Assembly (NCBI RefSeq): GCF_026210795.1
Contig: NC_089434.1
Location: 4,154,001 to 4,218,000 of the forward strand
Source: Rhizophagus irregularis
Taxonomy: Eukaryota
Length of the DNA stretch: 64,000 nucleotides
Direction: 5' to 3'
The notes beneath the pieces are model-generated. The model was not told the DNA's origin, made no database searches, and saw only the letters and a list, made by a program, of their open reading frames with translations. Shown here piece after piece: positions 25,569-39,843 of this stretch. The position numbers were made by a program, and so were the translations under genes. Position 1 is the first letter of the stretch, and each line of letters begins with the position of its first letter.

Positions 25569-28500
25569 ATCTTAATTACGAATAATAAAGCATATATTTC
25601 ATTGAAATAAGCGAGAAAAATGTTTTTATTCAGAATAGAGTACGTAAAAAATATCTTTTATTAAGCATGTACACATAAACAATTAAAAAAAAAAAAATTT
25701 TTTTCTCTAATTTATACAAAGCAAGTACAAAGCATAAAAACGGAGGCTAAAAAAGGCAAAAGAGTTCGTGAAAAGTTGATTTTTCAAATTTTGTGCGATA
25801 ATCTTATCAGTTTTTATTGATTGATTATTTATTTTTACATTTTTTTTGTCGCGCCTAACGTGATCTATAATTAATGGCAGTTATTTAATAAGCAACTAAT
25901 ACAAATATACATAGATAGATAGTCAACTTTTTCTATAATTTATCTTATAACAAATAACAAATGATACAAAAGTTTTTTTTTTAAAAAACAAAAAAAGCTT
26001 CGCTTTTTATAAAAAAATTGGTTGGGGAACGAGAAATTGCTCCCTTTAAACTCTGTACTTCTTTATTTTATATTAAAAATTAAATCTTTATTTTATTACT
26101 TTAATTCAAATGATTTAATCGTATTTCAATTTCTTCCCCAATAACACCAATTTTTCATCCCACGTGATCATATTAAAATGTCATATCCATTTTTCATAAG
26201 TAAATGCCATAATGCAAATGAAAAATTGTTGGTGTTTAAATTCAGGTAAAAAACATGATGTCAGATAAGGAATTCGAGATGTCGATGAATACTATCTTCA
26301 AGATGGTTTAATACTTGCATTTTTTTTTATTTATATATTTTCCTTCATCTGATAAAAATGCCATACTATAAATAATAAAAATACATACACATATATATAT
26401 TATTTGTAAATTCAACACAAAGAGGAATTGTGAATAAAGTTTGTTAATTCTAGCCCATTCTATTGATAAAATATAATCTAGAACATGTAATCCGTGTGAA
26501 TTCGTGAATTAAAAATGTTATTTCTTACCTGTGAGGCTGTGACATCTGCAGTTAAAATAAATGAAAAATCCTTCTTATCTCTTCACATTAATTTTGTAAT
26601 AGATCGAATGAAATATCTATTTGGCAAGTATCAAATTCTAAATGATAATTTATTTAAAATCTTATTGTCCTATAAAAAGGTTGGTTGTCATTTTAAACAT
26701 GACTTTATATGCAATTACCATAATTAATAGAACTTGAAGAAGTCGCATCTTAGATTTTTGGATGTATTACAACATTTATATATTTTAGAATTTTTTTAAA
26801 ACATTATTACTTGCATATTTTCACACATATAAGGTTGAATGATTTTAACTCTGTTTTAACGATATTCCGATATTCTACTCCTTTGTATTTAATTACTATA
26901 TATATTTAATAATATTAAATAATTATTTTTTTGCATTATTTATTTAATTATTCTTTTTGCGTACATCTGACAATCATCCAATAGCACGTTCATACTAATA
27001 TATATAAATATTTGAAAAACAAACTCCTAATCATAGTCAGTAACCATAAAATTTAATATGTGTATATATATGTTTTTCTAAATGTTGGAACTACTCAAAA
27101 ACCCTAATCAGTTAATTAAACTTAAAAAATATTTAATTTTTTGGCTGAAATTATACCAATTTAATTTACTTACATAATTATTTATTTACTATTTAGTAAA
27201 TTGAGAAACGTAGCATCATAATTACAATTCCTAATTCTAACTCTATTTTTCGTCAACTAATCGTTATTAATACTAAATCAAGGAGTTACCTACCCCTAGC
27301 CAAGACAATGCCAAATTATACGCTCGGTAAGGTCATCGTGCAACTAAATGTCAGTACTAGCAATAAAAGAATCATTCTATACTAAAAAAAATACTGACCG
27401 GTTGAGTGATCGTATGTACTTACGTACTATATCCTTCCTTGTCACGTGTTTTGTAAGTGCGTGATAATGGTTACCACCACAAGATTTCTCTTGTTTAAAT
27501 CATCCTTCTTTCCTTCAGATGTTTGTGATTTTAGACAATTTACTTACACACGTCTATGAACATGGGACCACAATTGTTTATCGGATATTTATATTTATTT
27601 TTATTTATTATAATGACAAGAACAGAGAATACATAACAGATACTAGACGCTAAATTACAAAGTAACTAGACTATCAATAATGATAAATTTTTTATTTGAC
27701 AAACAGGACAAATAAATGAATAAATATAAATTAAAAATAATAATATAAAAAGGTAGAGTACGAGTTTGCGTAAATTTAATCATATTGACTGGCACGGCTC
27801 TGAAAAAATGCCTTCCTCTGTATATTATAACTCGAGTCATCAATCTACTATTGGCCAGAAATAAATGCTATAACATGTACTTACTTTTGCTCATATGGTT
27901 AAAAAAAAAAGAAGTTAGGTACATCAAGAATGCGAAATTCTAAAATTTATATACGTGTATTTATCTTGGAATTTACTGTATATGTAATGACCTCTACAGC
28001 TCTACTTTATGAATTAAAATATATGGACCTAGAAATAAAGTTTTAAATAAATTATAATCTTTCAAGAGACATAACAAAACGTTCGGTTGTTATACAATGC
28101 ATATTAAGAATATGAGCACCAAGAATTTAAGAATATTGAACCAATTCCAAATAAAAAATTTACAACAACCAAAGTAATTTTATTGCAAAAATAACTGCTA
28201 TTTGTTTATCAAAAAACCTACATGTTAAATGCGTACACATTAATAAATGGCGCTATCTGAAGCATAGTTACTTAGTAATTATTTACTTAAAAATATCAAA
28301 ATGAGCTAATCACATTTTTTTGAGTGGTTCTTATCATTTTGTAATTAAGGAATGATAAAAAATTAATCTACTGCTTTTATTAATCAAGCCTCTAAAAACA
28401 AAAAATGTATACTTTCTGCTTTATGTAAATTGAAACGTGGTTACATATATGTAATAGAATTAATGTAAGTGAATAAAAATTATTCACCAAATGATAATTA

Positions 28501-28653
28501 CGAAATATAATCTTATGATTATGATGATTATGACGCTAATGTTTATAATTATCAGTAATTGGAATATTGAATTTTTACTTTTATAAACATTCCTCGAAAC
28601 TCAAACCATTTTTATTGAATATTATAAGATAAGCATATTGATGCTGATACTAA

Positions 28654-28966
28654 GAGTCACATTTCACTGACAATCATTTCACTGACAATTATCTCACCGA
28701 CAGACATTTCACTGACAGGACATTTCGCAGACAAATGTTTCGCCAACAATTATCTCACCGACAAGGGAATTTAGGATTAGAGTTATTAGGGTTAGGTAAG
28801 AAAATTAGGATTAGGATTAGGATAGGTAAGGAATTAGGGTTAGTATTAGGGTTAGGATAAGGTTAGTGAGGGCAAGTGGATAAGGATTTCGTAACTGTCT
28901 GGTGAAATGACTGTTGGTAAAATGATCCTGTTGGTGAAATGATTGTTGGTGAAATGAGTCATACCC
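28654..28966. mobile_element. MITE (Mutator-like) with ~15-bp periodic TIR repeats and a telomere-like core
   Basis: CATTTCACYGACA repeats left, TGTTGGTGAAATG repeats right; core of TTAGGG/TTAGGA; flanking direct repeat GATACTAA (28646-28653, 28967-28974). Confidence 0.75.
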
Positions 28967-30191
28967 GATACTAAAGCCTTGTGTGAAAGAACCTATATGA
29001 ATTATGTTGAATGAATTTATAAAATTATGAACATTTAATAAATTTACTTAAAATAAAAAAGTTGTAAAAATTTATTTATTAATATTTAATAGATTAGATT
29101 ATATTTTAACAGATAAATTACATTATTGGTGCAATTGTGACAAATAAATTATGTGCTATTCAATTATTATTACTTGTGCAACACAATCAGAATTATATAC
29201 TGCATAGCCAAAATCATATGCACAGCCAAAATCACATAATCATAAATACTTATATATTGCACAGCCAAACTCATTACACAGCCTTAATGGATATTTTACC
29301 ATATAATCTTATTGAGTTTTACCAAGTATTACATATTTCTCACATGTAAGATCAATTATGAAGGCTTCAAAGATAGCTTTTCCAATATTTCTGCAAATGA
29401 ATTCTCAAAAATTTCACCTAATTTTTACCTTATCCAATAGTCATATTAATTCTATTGGTTATATTATTACTAAATCTCCAATCTGTTTTGTGTTTATTCT
29501 TGAAATATTGAAAATATTGAAGAAATAAGTATAATTTTTTCAGTATGGCATATATGGATAGTAAATATGTTATCTCATGTAATGTCAAGCATTCCTCTTT
29601 GCACTTCCTACCGAATATCTTCTAATGTATCATCATCAACGATTTCAATTATGCAAGATGCCTCAGTAGAAGTGCTAATTGAATGTTTAATTTATGAAAT
29701 TAAAATTCCTTTTCAGTATATAATGGCATGATATAATTTAAGACATGATCTGTAAATCTCCATTAAGGTTCTTTTATAAAGATTTATAAAGAATGGATGA
29801 TCTATAATTCTACTATGTGTATGTGCAACAAAAAACGTATCACTTTTGATGAAACTTTGGTAAAAGAATAACTTTACTACATACTGATTTCAGGAATAGA
29901 AATAATCATGTAGATACGCATATACATCATATTATTCATATTTGAAATTTAAAATTTCTACTCTTTCACAGTAAACTCTTTTATAATACAAAATTGGATA
30001 AAAGTGCTGAAAGAAGAAGATTTAACTATTGTACACTTCGTCAAAAAATCCGCTATTGATTATTTTGTGCAACTGGAATATTGGGGACTTGAAATAGCAG
30101 AATTCTGGGAAAATATTGAGATATACTGGGAAGATTTCATCCTCTGATAATCCTAACCATGAAGAATTTATTAAACGTACATACAAATATA

Positions 30192-31544
30192 CTTGCCGCC
30201 CATTTAAATGGGATGGGAGTCCCATCCCATCCCATCCCATTCCATCCCAAATCCCAAATCCCATTCCCATTCCAATCCCAAATCCCAATCCCAATCCCAT
30301 CCCAAATCCCAAATCCCATCCCAAATCCCATTTCCTATAATTTCAGCCAAATTTTATAATTCCGGTCAAAATTTCCTTTTTTGGGCACTTGAGTAACGTT
30401 ACACAATCCAAAAAAGGCAATTTTGATTCTCATCAAAAACGGGGAAATGAGTTACACGATAATCCAAAAAAGGAAATTTTATGTCGATCACTTAATTCCG
30501 GCCAAAATTAAAAATTACGTGACTCCGGCGATAAATAGCAAACTCCTTCTTTTTTAACATAAAATTTTTTCAAATATAATACTCTTTAATCTAAGAATTG
30601 ATTAATTACAGATTATATGATAATAATATGAATGCTTAATAGGTTAATACTTTACAAATAATTAAATATACAAAAAATTATAAATAAATCTCTTTAAAGA
30701 TATTATATCTTATACTGTATATGCTAATAATTTAAATTTAAATTAAAAAAATTAGAAAACTAAATCCATTTTTATTGAATACCAAGCCATTTTAATTAAA
30801 TACTAAGCATTTGATGTTAATGAATTATTATTTATTATTTTATAGATAAATTTTTTATTATTTTAATAGATAGGTTAAAATAAAGTTAAAATATTACATT
30901 TTTGTTATAAAAAATTTATAATTTTGTAATGTTTTTTTATAAATGCAACAATAAAAAATTAATTCCAAATATTCTTATTTAATTGATATTACAGGACCTC
31001 AGACATCTATTATAGAATTCATAATGGCTTTTTGCAAAAATTAACCTAATCTGCTCTTTTTTTTATTATTTCTTGCAAGAAATTTTTTTATTTTATAGAG
31101 CTTAATATTAGCTACAAATTAAAAAAAAGTTTATCAAAATTGGATCACTGGATATTGAGAAAATCGCAAAAAACTAATTTGAAAAAGGACCGTAATACTA
31201 GAGCTGTAATTCTGGCCGGAATTATATGATCGGCATAAAAATTGCCTTTTTCGGAATGCTTGTGAAACCAAATCTCTCATTTTTTGTGGGAAGAAAAATT
31301 TCCTTTTTTGGAATTTTGTGTAACATCACGTGATAGATAGACCAATGGGAGTAAGGTTACACAATATACATGTATAAGATTAATGGGATATGGGATGGGA
31401 TATGGGATATGGGATTGGAATGGGATTGGGATTTGGGATTGGAATGGGATTATGACAAATGGGATGGGATAAATGGGATATGGGATGGGATATGGGTGGG
31501 ATGGGATATGGGATTCTCCCAATCCCATTTATATGGGCGGCAAG
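30192..31544. mobile_element. Non-autonomous DNA transposon with long TIRs and TA TSD (Tc1/mariner-like)
   Basis: CTTGCCGCCCAT..ATGGGCGGCAAG ends; TA on both sides; mirrored (ATCCC)n/(GGGAT)n tracts; imperfect inversion extends ~330 bp. Confidence 0.88.
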
Positions 31545-32357
31545 TATACATACAAACATTACAATATTACAGGACTATAAGTATATGCAAAATAGAACAA
31601 TTTGCATATTTTTATTAATGTATATGACAACTATGAGGAGTTAAGAAATATAATAAAACTGGAAGATCTATCACTACCAAAGTATTAGTTGAGTAGGAGT
31701 TATTTGAATAAGAAAAAAGATTTTATATAAATACTAAACCATGCATGGTGTTTGTATATACAACACATCTATTTTTGGAATTTCAGTTTTTTTGTGATGG
31801 AATTCTGTAACTGCCTCTGATTTTTTAAAAAGACTGCTAGTGAGAGAAAATTTCAGTTTTTTATTAAGGGCTTTAAATAATGCAATATTATCTTAATATA
31901 CAAATAAGGTTGAATTTAGATCACACTATATTAATTAAACAAAAATCATTTAATATAATTTTTATTTTAAAATGTAATTATTAATTCAACCTGGCCTGAA
32001 ACAAGATCATGGTAATATATTTGATAATTTTATCATATTTAAATGTTAGAGAATATTGAATAATTAACTGTTCAAAGGTTTCTCAAGAATGCAGAGAGTA
32101 CTATATTAGATATTGGAAATTGATGCCAAAAACTTGATTATCAAAGCCAAGAGCCAAGCCAAGTACTTTAAAATCAATTAATCATATTTTCAGCCACTAG
32201 CTTTTTATGGAATCAGGCACCTTGGTATGACTAAAATATTTGTGAAAGTGAATGAGCTTGAAATTTCATACTTGATCATATTTTATAACTGATGTTTTTG
32301 GAAGAACTATTATTGCTTAATTAATAACCTACCTATAGTATCTTTAGTATTTACAGC

Positions 32358-32570
32358 AGGACCCCGAAATATATATGTAGAGGTCAGGTCCAGAAGTGGT
32401 CCAAAATACGCATTCTTTCAGGGCCGGAATTACGATAATTTCAGCCATTATCTAAATTAGGAAATATTATTTTGGCTGGGATTATCCATAAAAGGAATGA
32501 TCTACATGATTTTTTTGACTCATTATACGCAAACTCTGACCTGACCCTTTTATGTATATTTCGGGGTCCT
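32358..32570. mobile_element. MITE (213 bp) with 8-bp TSD
   Basis: TIR AGGACCCCGAAATATA/TATATTTCGGGGTCCT, extending imperfectly ~40 bp; TSD TTTACAGC on both sides. Confidence 0.85.
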
Positions 32571-34822
32571 TTTACAGCTTTCTTCCGAATCAAAATGCAC
32601 AAGATCATCCTGATTTAATAAGTCGTATCTTTAATATGAAGCTGAAATCAATATTGAATGATATTTTGCATTGAAAAATGACATTTTTGGAAAAGTCATA
32701 GCTTAAATACTGTAAGTGTTGTAAATATAATCTAAGTTTACAACCTAACACAGTTTACATGGAATGGGAATTCTTCAAGGAAATGTCTGATTCAGAGACC
32801 AGAATTAGTATTACTTTTGTTGGGGAAGTTTATCAGCCACCTTTTATAACATATATCATATTGGATCCAGTTTGAAATCAGAAAAAATTTCAAAAGCATA
32901 GTTTACCTCATGCTCATCATCTTATTTTGCTCAAGAATATAAACCTAAAACTGTTAATGTTAAATAATTGCTTACAGATGCTGGAAATTTAAAAGAACTC
33001 CTTACAGTGTATTTAGTTTTCAACAGTCTTAAGGCATTAACTGATCATGGCGGAACTGTGGATAAAAAATTGGAAACATATCATTCTGGTGGGTCAGAAG
33101 ATATAATAAAATTGCTTCTTAAAAAAAGAAGAAACTAGATCAATACCCTTTAAAAACAATTTTTTAAAGCCATCTAAATTACTTAAATTTTTTGGTCAGT
33201 TTGAGGAATAATTAATAATAATATATTACTTCAAATACATTATTTATTTAATTTTTTTAAACTAATTAAACTGCAGAGTTATCAGACATATTTTTTTTTT
33301 TGTGATCCAGTTGAAAATAAACCTATTGATAATTTGGATGATAACGAAATGGTTAATAGTCCAAAAAGGTTGAAATTCACAGTAAATTAATTCCCAATAA
33401 AATAACAGTTTCTCTTTTTCATTAAGTATACATTACTAGACTTTAACTTTTAAACACTTGGCTTAATTTAATGATAAATTATTTTTTGGCAAAAAATTGA
33501 CAATATTTTATTATGGTTATTTTTTATATTTAAAAAGACCTTCTTTTTGATGAAGAAAAAAAAATTTCATTTGCAAAAAAAAAAATTCTTTTGTTTTGTA
33601 AGAAAAAAATGTCATATGATAAGATTAACTTAATGGAAAATCTGGATTTTTTTTAAAAATGTAACATTCTTTTATACTCAGGAATATATGACCTTCAGTT
33701 TCAAATATCCTAACTTGGAATTTTATTTTTTGTCTAATGATGTATCAACAAAACTACAAAAATAGTATTTGACTACAGTTAACATACAAGATGGTAGTAA
33801 ATATGTTCTTCAACCTAAAGATATAGAGCAACTCAAGATAATTTTTAATCACAGGCAAGGGTCAGTTGGCAAGAATTTTTGCAGATGCATACTTTATTAA
33901 AGAAAGATTAAAAGAGATATTGTGAAATACAGTATAATGGGAACTTATTTTTTCTCATATATTTCTTTATTATTAATATAACATTTTTCTTATAAAAACA
34001 TTTAAAAAATCAAATACAACATCTATTCTACTAGAACAAAAAAGAGCTTCTAATACCATCTTTTTAAAATGTCAAATTCTGAGACTCCAGGATAATTAAT
34101 TGTAGTTAAAAAATTATTATAATACTTATTATTATATGGGATGTCTGAAGTCTTGAAGGCAGATAGAGGGTGTAAAGTGTGGTTAGTTGAGGACCTGAAG
34201 ATTCATTGCTTATGGGGTCACATGTTGCTACACATACATTAGTATTTTCAACTGTAAACCACTTTTAGATGTTGAATTTGATTTTCTGTGAGGGTTCCTG
34301 TTCAGGTTGCATGTAGAACACTTTGATTATTGGGAAGATTAATTTTCCATTAAAAGAAACCTGAATAGAAGAAATCGTGAAGTAAATTTGATACAGAATT
34401 TAAATTCTGTTTATTTATGCCTTCCCCATTTCCAACAACTAAAAAACAAAAGCTAAATGATGGACAAACTTCTATTCAATCTTTTTATAAAAATAAAGAA
34501 TTGGAAAAGGTTATTGTAATGAAATAAATCGTTCAATAACAAAAGCTTTCATGATGTGTAATATTCCATTTAGTATATCCCAACTACTTCAATGCTCAAA
34601 ACTCAGTTGAAAGTGTTATGCCTATCTCAACAGGAAGAAGTATCAGAAATACCATAAACCATTTGTTCAAACAAAAAACACAAATGACACCTTCAACACC
34701 CTCTCCACCAAGTGCAAGTACTACTTTACTGATAGATACTTTATTTAACAGATGTCCTAAGGACGTCTACATTGTAATAGCCTATGGCATTGTATTACAA
34801 TATTAATAAAGTTTGATTACGT

Positions 34823-36880
34823 ATGTGAATTTGTGGAAGTTTGAAAAATAGTATTTTAGAAAGCAAGAATACTCTTGATAAAAGAAATAGGTTTTATATA
34901 ATAATTGATTGTTTGAAAATTAAAGGTATAGTAAGTATAGAGGGAAGAAAGGAATTTGATTATTTGATAACATGGATAATAAGAAGTAAAGAGGAAAATA
35001 AAAAGAATGAAATAAGGATAAGTGCAAAAATGTTAATGCATAATGAGAATGAATATAAGGTTTTATTAAGAAGTTTGATTATTGGTTTAGTACTGATTGA
35101 AAATAATAGTGATGTATTTTTAGAGATTAATAAGAATGTTAAAAGAGTTTTAAGAGAATTTTTAGATAATTTAAGTAATAGGAGATTAGACAATGAATTT
35201 TTTACAGAACTCATATTCATAGAAATTTTTTTGAAAAAAATGGATATGAAGATAATGGAATGTAGTAATAATGAAAGAAAAATTTTGGAGGAAGTTAGAA
35301 CAGAAATAAGAAAATTACAAGCGTTAATGAGTACAAATAAGTTGGATAAGCAAGCATTTGAAGTTTTAGAAGAAGGTCTCATTACTAATGAATGTAATTT
35401 ATTTTGGAAAAGAAATTTAATTAAAGGAAATTATAGAGGTTGGAGGAAAAAGTGCACTGAAGCAATATGGAAGTATGAGATTCTTAATAGCAGAAAAATA
35501 GAAGATTTATTCTTTTATAATTATAAGAATGAATTTGATTGGGAACGTTAAAATGATTTTGGCAATATGCAGAGGAAGATACTATTTATGATTTTCGTAA
35601 TTTGATGGATGAATTAAAAATTAAATTGAGTCAGTATGAAAATGATGATGAAAATGATGATAATGATGCTGGTAATACTGGTGTTGCTGTGAATAGAAAT
35701 AGGAAAAAGACTCAAGTTGAAATGTTTGATTGTATTAAGAAATTCATTGAAGATTTTTCGTTGAATTCTGATGACGAAAGGGAGAATTTTGATGACATAG
35801 ACGTTCCTCAACTGCACAATGAAGAAATTGAAAGGAAGAAGGTTTTAAAGGAATGTATGAGTCAGATAGAAGGTAAAGCGTCTGAAACAACATATATGAA
35901 TATTATCCAGTTTGGTTTAGTTTATTTCAAATATATCAATGAATTTGGTATTTCTGATAAAGCAGATGAAGTAGACGGGGATGAAAGGTTTAGAAGAGAA
36001 CTTCAATCACTAAGGAGCGAGCGTATTAAATTAAGAATCTAATAAAAGAATTACCAACATATGTGTACTATTTGAAAGAGAAGAGGGTATAGATTAATAT
36101 GCCTAAGGTATAAAGAAGACTGAAATCATATATGGATATGAGATGACAGTAAGAGAAGTAATAGAACAATTGATTTATGAATATGAAGAAAATTGATTGA
36201 TGAAAGAAAAATGAAGATGTGGAAATTTTGAGAGATTGTAATATAGCTTTTATTCAGATATTATGTGAAAACTCAAATGTATTTATAGGATACACCAGTG
36301 AATGGGAATTATTAAGAGGTGTTTATAATATTAAATTTAATTACATCTCGAATAAGAAAGAATTTAAAGCATTAATTGAAGTTATTGTTATGAGAAGATC
36401 AGGACGATGATTTGGATAAAACACTGTGAAGAAGTGAACAAATAGAAAAGGAGAAAGGTATAAAGTTACAAGATAAAAGAAAGTGAAAAGAAAGGACGGA
36501 AAATATAGATTTAGTATTTAGGAAAATTAAAAAAGTAGGAAAAACAGATGAAAATAAACAAAAAGAAAAATAATTAGAAATACAATTCGTTTAGTAGCAA
36601 AAGATAAATTAATACAAGATGTGACTGAAGGGAATTCAATTAGTTATAAAGACATGGAGCAATGGAGCATGGTAAATAAAATATTATACTGGTTTAGTAT
36701 AATAGAATAGATTATATAATTGTTAGTATAGTTAATTTTATATAATTAGCATAGATCATGGAGGATAACTTGAATTTTATTCTTGTTATTTTCTAGGTAT
36801 TTATAATAATTATGTAATCAATATATTTGTTTTTATAATTAATAAATGCGCTAACTAATTTTTTTTTTTAAAAAAAAAAA
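34823..36880 (+). mobile_element. 5'-truncated degenerate LINE (ORF2 C-terminus, 3' UTR, poly-A)
   Basis: EFDWE parallels EIDWS of the intact LINE; KELPTY and ED*NHIWI zinc-finger relic ~36050-36140; AATAAA then A-tail 36870-36880; approximate TSD aaag(tt/ca)tgattacgt. Confidence 0.72.
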
Positions 36881-37285
36881 GCATGATTACGTGAATTTAA
36901 CAATTTTTTTTGCGAGGATCGCTTGAACGAAATTTTTGAATATTTTGAAGACTGTAACAGAATTACTTTACTTAGTAAATGAGAAGTTCAATTAGTAGCT
37001 TTCCTATTAATTATTTATTATTTCTTAAGATATTACATATTTCATAATATAACTAACTACCTTACGAATATTTCTCTCGTGCTTTAAATATCCTTTGATC
37101 ATTATAACTTATTTCTAAGTATTACGCATAATTTGTAAATAAATTTAATTTTTAAATGATTTATGCAATTGTCATTTTCCTTAAAATTTGAAAGATCATG
37201 TCAAATACGTTAATTGCCATGAAGTTTAGTATACATAATTTATAAAATATATATAATATTGCGAAAAAAACATAAATTTATTTAT

Positions 37286-37760
37286 TTATTTATAATATTC
37301 CTCAAATGTAATTTCAAAATTTTTAATTACACCTTCATTTTTATATTTTTTAAATAAATTCTTGTAGTAATCTACTTGATAATTTGTATCGCATGTTAGA
37401 AAATTTGAAATTATTAAAAAATCTAATCTCTTTAGATTTGTTTTCGAACTAAATATTATATCAACTACATAGTAGTATCTGATTGAAAAATTATCAATAA
37501 TGACTGCAAATTTTGACAAACTTTTAGTAATTTTTCGAATTCTATAAATGTTCATCTGTTACTAATAATACGTGATAAATATTCAATAAATGGGCAAATT
37601 TTACGAATAAATTCAAGAGAATCATCCGAAAAATTATCCTCACGTTCAAAAAATATTGGCGCAGAAAAATTAACTATTGTATTTCCCACGCGAAATTTCA
37701 AATAAAAGAAATCTCTTATAATCTCAAGAATGGGAATGAATAGCAGGATGTGTAATCTAT
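37286..37760 (-). pseudogene. Probable F-box/LRR-type gene relic (C-terminal part)
   Basis: DSLEFIRKICPFIEYLS and TNLKRLDF resemble LRR segments; split across two frames. Confidence 0.4.
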
Positions 37761-39843
37761 GGTTCGATTCACGATAAATTATTATAACGTTTATTAAAAT
37801 CAAAATCACAAAATTCATTAGAAAACATGATTAAATTTTCGCAACTCGGCTGAAGATAAAAATTTTCTGTTATTTATTTGTAACTAACTTGCGTGATAAT
37901 TAAACTTTATAATACTGTATGTTATAAATTTCGTGATCATATCAGTTATCACCAATATACAACGTTTATTGAAGATTTTCACAAGATATAGCGACCTAAA
38001 GTTAATAGAAGTTATTTTATATTATTTTATTTATTGTAATATAAAAAATTTTTAAAATATAATTTGTAAATCTTAGTGACATATTTTCATAATTTTGATA
38101 ATTTTGGCCAAAATCAGTAACATCAGATTCCTTTTTCGTTTTAGAACATAGATTTGTTCCAGGCTCCTAATAAAGAAATACAAATAGAACAATAGAATAA
38201 TCTGAAGAATAAGTTATGCAGCTTATTTATACGTACAATGCAATTACACAAAAGGAATAATAATAGGAAATTTTTATTTAATTATTATAAAATTATGTTT
38301 ATTATTATAAATTTTTTAAATCAAACCATTAAATAATTAATTTCAATAACATAAAAAATGTGAAAAATATATTAAATATATTAAATAATTTTACAAATAA
38401 TTTATACAATTAAAAGCGTCAATAAGGACTTTCAAAATCTAATTTAAGTAAGGGTTTACTTGATTCTAACAAGTTCAAAATGAAAATTTTATAAATAATT
38501 CTTTTAAAAAAATACATTTTCGGAAAACACAAATGCATATTGGCGCTCCTGAATTGGTCATATGCCATCTTTTATTTATTTAATTTTTTTTTAAAAAAAT
38601 CATTGGAAATAAAATGCCCAATTTTAGTCGATCGACTTGCATGTAATGGAGTTTTTCCAGCTATTGCGCCCTATCTCTTTACGAAATAATCACAATTAAT
38701 TAAAAAGTTAACCAATCCTTCATACTGTAATTACTCTCCATTCTCTAAAATTCACTAGATAAATGCATTAACCTATAAGCTATAACCGATTTTCGTAAAG
38801 TTGTATCTATCAAAATTCTTTTAAATTTTGGCTGCGGAAGAAAATCGATGTCACGGAAAATGCACATACGTCACACCTAGCCACACTTAATCCTTTACGA
38901 TAGTAAAAACGTAGAATTCCAAAATTTATGATATATCCTTTTTTTTTAAAAAAAAAATATCAACCCCATGTTTTGAAAAAAAAAATAAATAAATAATTTA
39001 TCTAAATTTAGTCTTATTGCCCATTTTTCTTTGATAAGTCACTTCATTTATATTGGTCTTTTTTTTCTTTCTTTTTTTAAAAAAAAATTATCTAAACAGA
39101 TGACCAATTCTGAAACGTCAACATGCATCGGAGTTTCCAAAAAAGCAGCTTTTTTAAAAAACTTTATTAATTTAATGTCATTTGGAACCCTTTGGAATCA
39201 AGTAAAATGAATTATTAATAAAAATTATGAAAGCTTCTATGACGTCTTTTGTGTTGAGTAATTCATTGTAAAATTTTATAAGAATCATATGATACATTCA
39301 TTTACTTGTTTCACATATGTTTACTCCATTTGAAATTATTTATTTAATTGTTTGATTTAAAAAATTTAAAATAAACAATATATTTTTACAATAAAGAAAC
39401 AAAAATAGTTATTTTTAATCCCTATTTATTATTCCTTTTACAGAAGTTCATTGCATGTATGAATTAACGCCTTTGGTGATCCTATTGTTCTTTGCATTCT
39501 TTGTGTAATTCCTTTTAAAGGTCTGGAACAAATCTATAGAACGTCTTTACCATTCTTCGTTAAAAAACAAAAAAGGAAATCTGACGTTATCTGACTTTGG
39601 CCAAAATTATGAAAATTATCACGGGTTTTAGCTGAGGATCTGCAAATTTACTTTATCTGGGTGATTGATCTAAAACTCTTTATACGTTAGCCATTCGCAT
39701 CTACAGATCAAATTTCTATAATCAGAATCATATGAACACATTTTTTTTTCTCTAATGGTGATATGATTTATTTATTTTGGTTAATGTATACTTATAATAT
39801 CAGACAATATAATAGTGATAACAGAAAATATATACGCTAGTAT

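Noticed and set aside
28770..28870. True telomere or chromosome-fusion scar
   Set aside because: Degenerate, single orientation and enclosed by TIRs and a TSD
30022..31644. Pro/Gly/Trp-rich ORFs
   Set aside because: Translations of the microsatellite TIRs
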